A DNA stretch of 64,000 bases from Calcarisporiella thermophila CBS 279.70 (taxonomy: Eukaryota; Fungi; Calcarisporiellomycota), in the NCBI RefSeq assembly GCF_041956535.1, contig NW_027192219.1:134546-198545 (forward strand). The letters are read 5' to 3'. Of this stretch, positions 51,426-63,378 are shown piece by piece. The notes under the pieces were generated by a model. That model made no database searches, was not told where the DNA came from, and was given only the letters and a program-made list of their open reading frames with translations. A program made the translations under genes and the position numbers. Numbering within the stretch: position 1 is the first letter of the stretch; the number at the start of each line of letters is the position of its first letter.

Positions 51426-52424
51426 CCTAGAGCTCTAATGTGGGAGTGAGGGTAAACTAAAGAGGAGGAGGCGAATGGCGACTACAGCAATGAGAGGATG
51501 GGTAAGGAGCGAATTCGACAATCTCACAAGAAAGAGGAGGCAAATAAATAAATAAAGCACAAAGGAGGGCGGGAGGCATTGAGTGTGTTCGATTCCTCAA
51601 CTCTATTTTCAAGTTAGAGTTAATTGCAGAAGGTGTCATTGTAGCGCGGAGGGTAACCGACACGTGTCAGCACAATAAAATAGGAGAGTGGTACGCAGGT
51701 ATGCGCTCCGGTGGGGCCAATTTGGTTTGTATATATATAGTTAGGGGTGGCCTGGCTTTTCGCATGAGTAATAGGAAATGGCCGTGTTTGCGGGGCGAAT
51801 GTTCTCGGAACCGTCTTTCGCAAACCTATTTGCGCAGCCGACCCTGGAAATGGACTCGGATTGCTCCACCAAGACTTCGTGCGCGGAGAACAAGGACACA
51901 AAGTTGAATATATTGTTATAGGGCATAACAAAGGGAAGAGAACAAGGTAAAATTACACAATGGAGGAATACTTGGGTGGGGAGAGAGAGAGAGAGAAGAA
52001 AGAGAGAAGAGATAGAGAATAGAGAAAAAGTAAAGCAATGGAAACAGAAATAGCAACAGAAACAAGAACAATATCAAAAGAAAACCATAAAAAAAACTTT
52101 CTTCTAAGTACTCGGTGAAAATTTCCATAAAAAAACAAAAAGAATCAATGGATGATTATCCACTGCTTCCGCAAACTATAAAGGATTTCCACAAATTGTG
52201 CTATAGGCATCGTTGGGATCAAATAAAGAAAAAGGGAGAGGAAGCGGAAAAGGAAAAAGAAAAAGAAAATAGAAGGCCAATGAAAAAAAAAATAAGATCA
52301 AGCAGGCATATGGGTTAGATAAGAAAAGATAGAGAAAAACGAAAACGCGCACAAAATAAGCACATACAAACTGCACATCCAAAATGCAGACCCCCCTCCC
52401 CCTCCTCCTTCCTTTCTCATAGGC

Positions 52425-54239
52425 TCATCCGCTCTGCAGCAGTTCTGCCCCCATGGCCTCGACTAATAAAGGGTGCTTTAGAATTTCTCCAACGCTGGGC
52501 CGCAGCCCAGGCTCAGGATTCAGCATCTGCTGAATCAGCTCAAAGAGGATTTTGCCGTTGGACATCATCGGGAACGCCACACCAGAGAAATCGCCTTGTC
52601 GAAGCTTTTGCCATTCTGGCCCATGATCGGGCAGCACGATATCGGCAGCAACCTCCAACATGATTAGGCCTAGACTAAAAACATCAGCAGGCTTGTCGTA
52701 CTGGCCACTCAAGATCTCGGGTGCCATGTACTCGCGGTCACCTTCACGTTCAATTTCCGTTGTCACGGGCCATCGAGTGGCCATTCCAAAGTCACCTATG
52801 CGTAATGTGCCCGCGTTGGAAATCAAGACATTGGAAGGCTTCAGATCAAGATGGAGCACATGTGAGTCGTGGATGTGGGCAAGCCCCATGGCAAGATCCC
52901 CCAGGATCTGCCATATTCGTATTTCCTCTATTCGGCCCCCATACTGCTCCAAATAGGTGTCCAAGCTGGAGAAGCAAAAGAAGAAAAAACAACACATGAA
53001 GTTGGTTACGGCGTAGGTAAGAGGTGACGATGGGGTGCTAACTAACCTTCCGTTTTCGCACAATTCCATTTGCAGATACAAATGCCCAAACTGCTCCCAA
53101 GCATCCACCAATTCGATAACGTGTGCATGGCGGCCCAGGGACCATAGGATATCCACCTCCTCAAGCCGGGAGAGTCTAAACAGAGCAGATTAGAGTGACT
53201 GGAAATGCCAAAGAGAGAGCAAAGGGAAATTTACCGGTCCTTTGTTCCAATAAACGGGTATTTTGTCTTTTTCACGGCAAACAACCGTCCTGTCGATTTC
53301 TCTTGCACCTTGAAAGCTTCCGAAAATTCGCCATGGCCAAGCCGGGCAATGATGTTAAATTGTGTTTCAAAATAATCTGGACACGCGCCGGTCTCGTTGG
53401 TCTGGGAGTCGTATGAAGGATCGCGCATGAAAAGGGATGCTAACGACGCAAAAAAAAAATAAACATTAAAGCGATACTAAAAAATCCGCTTGTACACAGA
53501 GGATATTACTATCGAAATGTCGGTTTCTCCACCGCTCTCTAAAGTACTCTCGCCTCAAAAAGTGGGGATATACGGTGAGGAATCCACCGTGTGACATCTG
53601 TTGCGTGGGGGTGTTATCTAGAAATAAGACTTGGGCAGGGGAGGGGGAGAGTGGGCTTGGGCTCTCTGCGGCCAAATGAGGTTTCTTGGGTCGTTTCGGC
53701 TCCGGAAAAGTTCCTTTGTGCTTCCGGTTGGCTCCCAGGGAGAGCGGAGAACCATCCACTGAGGAGGACGAGGGGGATAGGGAGGAGAGATCCGTGGAAG
53801 CACCCGCTATTGGAGTAGTGGGAGAAAATGAATTTCCTGTGGAGGTTGGGGAGAATGCAAGATTAAAAGCATGGGGGGCACTTGTGATTATCCCGGCAGT
53901 GTTTAGTGGAGGGCGCTTGCAGGGTGTATCCGGCATAGGCTTGTGGAACTCACGGGTGCTCATATTTTTGAGCCGAGTACGTTTGGACAATAGGCCGGTC
54001 GACATAAACGCGGTCTCGAGAGGTTTAACCAGCCCACGGGAGGGCTCAGGAGTGGCCATGACGGTTGAGGGTGGAGGTGATGGAGAGTAGGCAAGTCTAG
54101 ATGAGGAAGCTACCTTGTTATTGGTGGTTGTGATGGTGGAAGAATTGGAGGAGCTAGTAGAATTGGGGGTAGGCGAAGCAGGCGCTCGCGTTCGTATAGA
54201 GCTACTGCTAGATTTACTACGAGTGATCGCCATTTCCAT
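52425..54239 (-). CDS. Wee1/Swe1/Myt1-family CDK-inhibitory kinase
   Basis: PDTPCK, LGHGEFSEAF, AVKK, HLDLKPSN, IGDFGMA, EREGDREYMAPE, WQKLRQGD. Confidence 0.92.
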
Positions 54240-54801
54240 GCTGGATCATCCGCCCTCTGCGGTCTTGACGATGGATCGACGGTAGAATTTTAAGAAGGCG
54301 GCGAGATGACTGTGACTGATGACTGGCCCTATAACGATTAAAATAGATGTGACTTGCAAAGAATAAGCCAGAAAGGGCGATCAGATCCTTGAATTAAATA
54401 ATGAGAGATAGAAGCGAAAGAATCAACGCGAAATGAAGGAGAAATGAATATATAATCTGAAAAAAATGGGCTAAGGAGCTAATCAACCTAAGAATAACGT
54501 ACTACACCACAAAAAGTCGCTTACAAGAGGGAAAAAAAGACCTTTGTCGAAAAACCCAAGCCACTAAATTGCTTTTTTTTTCATTGATGGTATTGAAACG
54601 AAATCAAAAGCACCATGATCTCCAATTTTGATATTTGATGAAGGGTGCTGTTTGGTGGATGAGACCAGGTATTGCCACAAAGCAAAGTTCACCGTAATCC
54701 CATGAAAAGAAAGCAAGGAATAAAAGATCTCTTCCCATACACAAAAAGAAACCAAGCGTTCGTTTATGTTATTAAGTGTTTATTTATAAACAAGAAAAGG
54801 T

Positions 54802-55474
54802 TTAATTCTTGGGGGCTTCTTTGTAGGAAGCCACAGCCTCTTCTCCCATTGCAGTGAGCACAGAGACAACGAGGTCCTTGCCGTCATCGAAATCAGCCTG
54901 GAGCTTCTCGCCAAGTTCTCCTTCGGGAAGGCGCACATCATCCTTGGTGGTACCATCGTTGTCCATGAGGGACAGAAAGCCGTCGTCGATGTCGATAAGA
55001 GAGTATTCATTGCGGTTGACCACGGGAACGTCCATGTTGTGGGTGGAGGGGGAGATATCTATTTAACGGTGCAAGGCATTAGAGTGAATAAATTAAAAAT
55101 GCTCTGAGCCATATCGGCATTAGCCACTCACCTTCAAGCTTCTTGGAGGTGAAGATGTCAATAGCGACCAAGTGAACTTTGGCGTGTCCGTGCTTGCCGG
55201 TCTTGGAGGTAGACATGTCCACGATCTTGCACGGGCGGCCCTTGATCACCACGTAACCGTTCTTGCGGAGGGCAGAGCATTGCATGGGAACTAGTTATGG
55301 CATCACGATATCAGTAAAGGATTATCCCGACCTGGTTTTTTGAGGATATATGAAAAAACCACCCTCTAAACCCAAACAAAAGAGCGGTGACTACGAAAAG
55401 AAAGAAAACATACAGGTTTGGGAGGCACCGGAGCCGCTCTGCTCGAAATCATGATCGTGCTCGTGGTCAGACAT
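54802..55474 (-). CDS. EIF5A: Translation factor eIF5A
   Basis: [22 protein letters not shown] hypusine loop; two introns. Confidence 0.98.
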
Positions 55475-55818
55475 TATCGGTGTGTTGTTTTCGTTAAGAA
55501 ATGAAGAAGAAAGTGCAGGAATGCGAAAAGAGGGGAGATGAAGACAGCAAACCACTATCCCGTAAAGCAATGAGGAAGAAAGTCAGAAAATTTCAAAAAA
55601 CTGCTTAATGTAAACAACGGGAAAAGCATTGCTGCGCCGCGACTTCTTTTTTTCGAGAAGAGAAAAGCAAGTGATACAGAGATCCATTTTTTTGTTCCGA
55701 ACTCTGTAACCACCTCCGGTCTCTATTTGCCTACGCTTTTTCTTTCATTCGCATTGGCAAAGAAATCCGACAAAAGAAAAGCACATACAACCTCCCCCAT
55801 CCCCCCACACATTTGAGC

Positions 55819-57138
55819 ATGGGCGATATTGCAGAAAGAATTCAAATGGCCCGCCATGAGGCCGAGGCTCTCAAAGAAAAGATCCGTAAAAAGAAAGAAG
55901 CCCTCGCAGACACCACGTTGCGGTCCATGGCAAAGGACATTGTAAGTGACACGAGAAGAGTTTAACTATTATTGTTCCTTCCATGGGTTTTAACTGGGCG
56001 TGCATTTTCTAGGATCCGCTTCCTAGATTAACTATGCGCACCCGCAGAACACTTCGTGGCCACCTTGCTAAAATATACGCCATGCATTGGGCCATGGATC
56101 GCCGCCACCTAGTTTCAGCTTCTCAAGATGGCAAACTAATCGTATGGGATGCGTTTTCCACACATAAGCTTCAAGCAATCCCGCTTCGCTCCTCATGGGT
56201 TATGACGTGCGCATTTTCACCATCGGGCGAGCTGATTGCTAGTGGAGGCCTTGACAACATTTGCTCGATTTACAGTTTGCGGGCGGCAAGAGAACAAATC
56301 AAGCCGGGCAGAGAACTGTGTGCACATACCGGCTATTTGAGCTGCTGCCGATTTTTGGATGATCACCGGATTGTAACCTCATCTGGAGATATGACATGTA
56401 TGCTATGGGATATTGACGCGGGCGTAAAAATTGACGAGTTTAGAGATCACTCCGGAGACGTAATGAGGTAACCCAATCACAGCAACCCTCTGCAATCTAT
56501 TGGTGTTGCTTAACTTGACCGCCCCCTCCGTATATAGTATTTCACTTTCCCCCACCAACCCGAACCTATTTGTGTCGGGAGCCTGCGATGCCAGTGCTAA
56601 GCTGTGGGATATGCGCACAAAGCGGTGCGTTCAAACATTTACCGGTCACGAATCAGACATCAATGCCGTACAGTGAGTGAAGTTTTCGGAATCCGTGTTT
56701 GACCTGGACTCGTCCTTAGGCCATCCCATTTTACAATGATAGATTTTTCCCGAATGGCGATTCCTTCGGGAGTGGGTCAGACGATGCCTCCTGCCGCCTC
56801 TTTGACCTCCGTGCGGATCGAGAACTAAACCAGTATACACATGAGAGCATCGCATGTGGAATAACGTCGATTGCTTTTTCTGTAAGCGGCCGACTTTTAT
56901 TCGCTGGCTACGACAACTTCGAGTGCAATGCTTGGGATACGATTAAAGGGGAGCGGGTGGGGATCCTCCTAGGGCATGAGAATCGAATTAGTTGTCTTGG
57001 GACTTCGAGTGATGGGATGGCGCTGTGTACAGGGAGTTGGGACAGTGTGCTCAGAGTAAGTAGCAGGCCCCCTCTTTGACTGCTTAGCGATTCAATTTGA
57101 GTAACCCCCACTTTACTTGATTTTAGGTATGGGCTTAA
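55819..57138 (+). CDS. Heterotrimeric G-protein beta subunit
   Basis: [68 protein letters not shown]|VWA*. Confidence 0.97.
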
Positions 57139-57713
57139 TTTCAGAGCAAATTCGATTTTTTTTTTTCTCTTCCTAATATTTCAGAGCATGCTTGGATATT
57201 TTTATATTCAACAAATACCTATTTATCTTTCTTTTCTAACTGTGCTTGTTTTTTTTTTTTCATTTTCTTTAATTGTCTGTTGTTCTCACTTCACTCTGTG
57301 CTTTCATATATATAATATGTTTTTCTTTTCTCCTTTTTATTGACTAATTTTTTTTTTCAAATTGAAATTCTTCGTCTGTGTTAATTTATTTATTATAATG
57401 TGTTTTTTTTCTTAATTGCGTCTTTTTATATATTCACTATGATCATACTGCAAGGAATATTTTTCTGTGTAGAATGGTTAGAGCGCAAAATTTGAAGGGC
57501 CGTGCGCGAGCAGAGGCCATCGATGCGAAGCTGATCCTCTGCTAATATGGAAAAAAGAAATTTTCGAAAAATAGACAAGACATTTTAAAAATCGCTTTGC
57601 ACCCCAAATCACGACCTTTTCTTCCTTTGCTTTACCTTGTGTTCTTCTCTCGTGTTGCTATCGTCTTTACTCCTCTTGTTTCGCCTTTCTTTTCTTTTTT
57701 TAACTTGAATCAA

Positions 57714-59069
57714 ATGAAGGGATTGAAGGCATACTTTGCGGTGCTCATCCTCTTGCTCCTCGTAGTGTGCTCTTTCGCGGAGGATTCGCAAGAGGACCAA
57801 GACGAAGACTACGACCAAGACTATGAGCAGCATTACGCCGACCAATACGAGCACCACTATGAGCACCTGTATGATTCCCCCTTCGACCACCAGTACCAAC
57901 AAGCAGACCAAAAGAATGACCAGCAACAGCAAGCCAAGAGCGTCCTCGACGCCCTCAAGGAGAGCGAGAGCACGTCTCTCTTGAGCAAGTTGTTGTCGGA
58001 ATCCGAGTACGCCCCCATCGTCGACTTCCTGCAGTCGGGGAGCAACTTCACCATCTTTGCCCCGAACCGCGACGCGATTCAGGACCACCTCTACCGAGTG
58101 GTGGGGGGAGACAAAGGGATGATCTCCGCCCTGTTGCAGGTAGGAAGAACTTGAAGCGTGGTTCCAAGCTGCACAAGACCCATACTCACGCTATTTTCCT
58201 TCCCCCCCACTCTCTCCCTTTTCCCATAGTACCATATTGTCAACGGCACTTATAAGGCCTCTACGCTCAATGACACCATCCTCTTCCCCCCCACGCTGCT
58301 TAATTCGTCAAAGTACGTTCGTCTCCCCAACAACGGCAGTCAGGTCGTGGGTCTGCTCAAGAATTCGAGCACGCTGATGGTGAATTACGGGCTCGGAACG
58401 GCCCACGTCGTCAAGGCCGATATGGAGGTGAGAAATGGGGTGGTGCATGTCATTGACAGGGTCATGTGGATCCCACAGAACATCTCTGCCATGGTGTGGG
58501 AGGCTGGTCTGGAGAGCGGAATTGGGTACTCGCTGAACCGCGCGAATCTGACCGCGGAGGTGGAGCGGATGGAGGGCGCAACCGTATTCATGCCCATCGA
58601 TGAGGCGTTCTCCGAGTTTGCGGCAACGCACGCGGCCAACCATTCCAGCAACGCCACGTCGGCCAACAACTCCACCGCGAGGCTCAGCTTGAACGATACC
58701 GCCACGCTAACCCAGATCCTCAAGTACCACATACTCTCCTCCCCCCACAACAGCACCGCCCGTCTCCCGTACTACTCGAGCTCGCTGAAGAACGGCACCT
58801 ACGTTACCTCCCAGGGGGGCAACATCACCGTGGAGGTGCGTGACGACGGCAACGTGAGGCTAAGGGACGGGGCAAACAACACCGCCAACATAGTGCGTTT
58901 CGATGTTCTGACCTCGAACGGCGTGGTACACTTTATCGACCGAGTGCTAGTGCCGCCGGTTGGGAGCGGGCAGGGCGGAGCGGGGCAGCGGTCGGCGGGG
59001 GCCATTCTCTCAGTAACCACCGCGGTTTGCATGGGACTGTTTATGATGGCTTTCAGTGCTCTACTCTAG
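57714..59069 (+). CDS. Secreted fasciclin (2x FAS1) protein, probably GPI-anchored
   Basis: Signal peptide; TIFAPN, LLQ|YHIV, NGVVHVIDRV, TVFMP, ILKYHI, NGVVHFIDRVL; hydrophobic C-terminus. Confidence 0.92.
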
Positions 59070-59284
59070 CTTGATGCTCACCCTCCCCCCCTCCCCTCTC
59101 TCCCTCCCTCCCTCCTTTCTGTGTCATATAATACTAAAATTACTGATGTTAAATTAATTGCCTATTTCCTATACATTGCCCTGTCATATAACAGATTTTA
59201 AATAAATGTAGTGTTTTAGATGGTTTTCAGAAGCACATTCTCTAAGACATGGTGATGAGAAATTGACACCTCTATTTGGTAACC

Positions 59285-59421
59285 GTGATTAGAAAACAAA
59301 GCGTGAGTGCATAGCAACAGAAGATGATTCATCTAGTGACCGACTCGAAGTCATGCTCGATAAACCGAGGGACACCCGGGACTTTCTCGAGCTCACGCGC
59401 TCTTGAGTTGCTAGTCATCAC
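59285..59421. ncRNA. Candidate structured RNA element with pseudoknot (unassigned)
   Basis: Six to seven short complementary helices in 137 nt, including two crossing 7-bp helices. Confidence 0.3.
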
Positions 59422-60452
59422 ATTTTCAATTCCAGTATATACAAAATAGGCGATAGTGGGTAAGGGGACCATGCGTTTTATTGGGGAGTTGCCTTAACAC
59501 ACAAAAAATATGGGAATCCACGAGAGTATTAATGGTGGGTCGTTTTACTCTCTCTCCCAGCTCTCACTGTATAGGGATGTTTAGCTTAATAGTAATAAAG
59601 TAATTTTTAACTTAGATTAGAGAGGTTAAAAATAGAACATCCCGAGCTTGCCAAAACCTCTCTCAAGGAGAAGAGGAGCAGACACCCGAATTATGGGAGA
59701 AGCTGCCCCTCAAAGTATTCCTATAATCGAGCCGGCCTTTTGTCCAGCGGGTCGCCATCCTAGACTCTCTCATGGGGCCCTGATAAAGGATGCAGGCCAC
59801 TTCGGCTCATAGCACCCGGCCACCATATTGCGTTTCGGAGTCTCTCGATCCAGCTTCAAGGGTCGGATTGGGCCAGCGCCGCGTTTGTGGATTTCCGCTG
59901 CCTACTCCGGGAAGAGTAGCAATTAGCGTGGCCTAGCGACTGAGAAGGGCCCGTTGAAAGCGAGTTTGAAATCGAACCCTCCGCCGAGAACCAAGAGGCC
60001 ACGAGGGGCTATGGCTTGGCACCGCGCGCCTCCCTCTCCAACTGCTTACATCGACTGTTCAGGCCGAGCTTTCTCCTTTTTAAGAACTCGCTGTGCTAAG
60101 TTGCGCGGTACTCAGAACCTTACTGCCGCATCTCGAGTTAAAAATAAACAAATTCAGGTTCAGAGGGAAAGCGGTGGCTTTGGCCGCCCCGATTGGGAGT
60201 TGTAGAACCCTAATCTTTTTGCAATCGCCATAAAAATGAGGATAGCTTCAGTGTTTTCAAGTGTAGCCTTTCGTAGCGAGTGCTATTTTATTTTGCCGAG
60301 CTTGTTTCTGCCTCTGCGAGCTAGCCCGTCGCCCCTCTTCTAATTTGCCCGGCCCTCCCTCCTCTCCCCTTCTCGATTCTAGCATTAGCCTAAAGAAGCG
60401 TCTCCATTTCCGCCGGAGAGTGACCTCCTACCAGAGTTGCCAAAATCAATTT

Positions 60453-63378
60453 ATGCGGGCATCATTTTGTTTGAGCGCAATACTGCTGACGCTCGCCTGC
60501 GGTGCGAGTGCAGCACCCGAGTCTAAAAGTAAGCCTTTATCTGCTTGGATACCTCTGCTTATCCGGACGCTTTTCTGTGCCATGTCTTCCATGGACTTCC
60601 ATCCTCTTGACCACGCTACTAATGGCTGCTTTCCTTTTCTCTGCTTTATCTAGCGCAAAAGGATTATCTTGTGTCCGACTTGCCCTACGTCTCAGATGAT
60701 ATCCATTTACATAATTTTGCCGGGTATCTATACTGGACAGCATGCTCCGCGCATGTCCCATTAGACATGAGGCTAATTCTGCCAACTTAAACTAGACTTA
60801 TTAATCTCGATGAAACAACAGACGCTAATATGTTCTTCTGGCTGTGGCCACGGAGGGAGCAGGTGGCAAGAGAAAAGCTGGTAAATATTGCTTTTTCCGC
60901 CTTTTATAAAATTTCTCTCTCTTTACTTATTGCTCTCTCGCTTCTCAGATAATATTTCTCAATGGGGGTATGTTTAGTGGTTTTGAAAAACATAAGTTTA
61001 AATTTAACTAAGAACGTGATGTTCAACCTTTGCCTGCTCTTCTATGCCTCTAGGTCCTGGGTGGTAAGTTAATACCTGTTTTCTGCTCAGATCCTATATA
61101 TTAAATCGTGTCTAACTGAATTTCTCCCCACGTAATAATAGCTCAAGGTGAATAATCTGGACTCTCCTCTCTCTTCACCGCTCCATTTCCATATTGAAGT
61201 TGGGATCTTTTTTTGTCTATGATAGTGTGGAAAATATATTCCTAGAAAATGGCCCCATTCGTATCAACCAGACATCGAGTGAGAGCAGTATATACAAAAA
61301 TGACGCCAGCTGGAACACATACGCTAGTGTGCTCTATGTGGACCAACCCCTGGGAACCGGATACAGCTACACCGCTTCAAACGGTTTGGATAGGAGTTTG
61401 GACCAGGTAAATGGGCTCTTCTGACATTGTCACCCAGCCTCGAGCTACGTTTCTGGCAATGTGCATCAAAGCACTAATGTGGTTATCCCTGTTCTGTGTG
61501 TGTAGGTGGCAGAGCATTTCATGGCGTTCTTCGATAAGTTTCTTGACACGTTTGACTCTTACAAACAGGCCGATGTGAGTATTAGTTCTGTATCCCATTT
61601 GCTTGTGGGGTTGATTGATTTAAGGGACGTGGATTTCCCTACTTAGATCTATCTGGTTGGCCGAGGCTTTTCCGGAGTTTTCATTCCGCATTTTGCTCAG
61701 GAAATGCTAAAGCGGAATAATGCTGCAAAAAGTCAAAAGGTAAAGGCAGGAGCTATACGTAGGCTCACCACAGGAAAATAACGACCTAGGTTTGCTCCTC
61801 GTAGTATAACCTCCAGGGGCTCATGATTGGAAATGGATGGTTTGATCCAAAGGTTCAGTACCGGGCCCTGTACGATTACAGCATGGAGAAGGGATTGTTG
61901 GACGAAGAGGATGTACAGGTATATTATATTTGGGTGGGCGGGGGACTGGATTTTTGGAGTCGTCGCTTACTATGTGTTTCTCTGAATAGCAACGGGCTTC
62001 TCAATTCGTCACCAAGTGCGAGGAGGACATGGAGAAGCGGGGCGTCCGCATTCGCAATGACGCATGCGAACAGCTCTTACAGTTGGTTTTGTCTCACTCC
62101 GTTACATCGTGAGTATTCGTTTTCCTTGGAAGCCGAAGGCCAGTCTTGAGATGACTTACGGTACTTACTTTACAATTTGTGCTCTAGCGAGGACAATATT
62201 ATGCAGTGCATCAGCCAGTTTGATATTCGCCAGCGAGATACCTATCCCCTGTGTGCCTTGGGGGGACCGGAGGAGGCTAAGGATATGACGACCATCCTAA
62301 GAGTATGCGGGTTTTTGTTTCCCCGGCCTGCAGTGATATTAACCCGTCTATCCATTGTGCCTAGAACATTCGGTTCATGCAATCACTCCATTTGCCCTCA
62401 CAGTATACGGGATGGAGTCTCTGCAATGGTCATGTCAGCAATGCATTGATTGACGATCAGAGCCCGCCCTCCATCGAGGTAAGTAGCGTGCAAGCCTATC
62501 ACTCGCTCTATTTAGGCCTTCCATATTGATGCCTCTTGTTTATTTACCCTCTGAACCAGCTTCTTCCCGACCTCCTCGCTAAGGTGCCTGTCCTCCTCTA
62601 TAGCGGCGACTCTTCACTAGCCTATAATCACGTCGGAGTCGAAAAAGCCATCTCAAAACTCCAGTTCAATGGCGCGGTGGGCTTGCCCGACGAGGCACCC
62701 GCTCGCCCATGGTACGTGAATGAGACGCGGATTGGAAGTTGGAGGAGTGCGAGGAATTTGACCTATGTGCTTGTGGAGGGGGCGGGCTTTATGGTCGGCT
62801 ATGACCAGCCTCTTGCAATGCTGAATATGGTCCATCGGTTTATTGGAGTAAGCCCGCAGCAGGTGTTGGGGGTGCCCGCCCGGGTCGAAGGAGAAGAGAA
62901 GAAGAATTGGCAGCCGCTAGGTGGGGGCGAGGCGGATGGGGCAGCCGGCAACATGGATAAGGAGGCACACTGGATAGAAGACAATTACATGTAAGTGAGC
63001 TGAGGTTGAATCGAAGTTAACCCCGTTTAAGCCTTAACTTTGCTCTTGCGTCAATAGACTGTTTGCCGGCATCGCTGGCGTCTTCGCCATCGGATTCATT
63101 ATTTTCATGATATTCCGCAGGCAGAACCGGAGCTCACGTGGGCATTTCTCGCGGGTGAAGGGGACCCCTAACCACTACGAGGATTCCAATGAAATGTAAG
63201 TGTACTTGTGTGGAATATTCTCTGCAGTCCTCTTACAGCCCGGTACACGGATAGGGATGAGCTGGTCATCGACACGTCCGATTTTCTTGCTGATGACGAC
63301 GACGATGCCAACGGAGAAGCGGATGGGCCAAAGTCCCCCATGTTGCGTCGCCATGGGAATGGAGCGGCGAAATTCTAG
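60453..63378 (+). CDS. Kex1-like S10 serine carboxypeptidase homolog, predicted catalytically inactive
   Basis: Signal peptide, NMFFWL, FLNGGPGCSS..FLENGP, LYVDQPLGTGYSY, GLMIGNGWFDP, RNLTYV, TM segment and acidic tail. Triad motifs are altered. Confidence 0.88.

Noticed and set aside
59375-59390. RNase P/MRP signature GAAAGTCCGGGG on the minus strand
   Set aside because: No downstream P4 partner (CGGCTTA-like) was found.
59714-59826. snR30/U17 m1- and m2-like motifs (GTATTCCTA, CACCAT)
   Set aside because: Both are imperfect, with no closing lower stem or ACA box.
59935-59985. TPP riboswitch-like CTGAGA..CCCGTTGAA
   Set aside because: Lacks the P4/P5 consensus (CCTGAT..TAA..GCG.AGG), and there is no adjacent thiamine gene.
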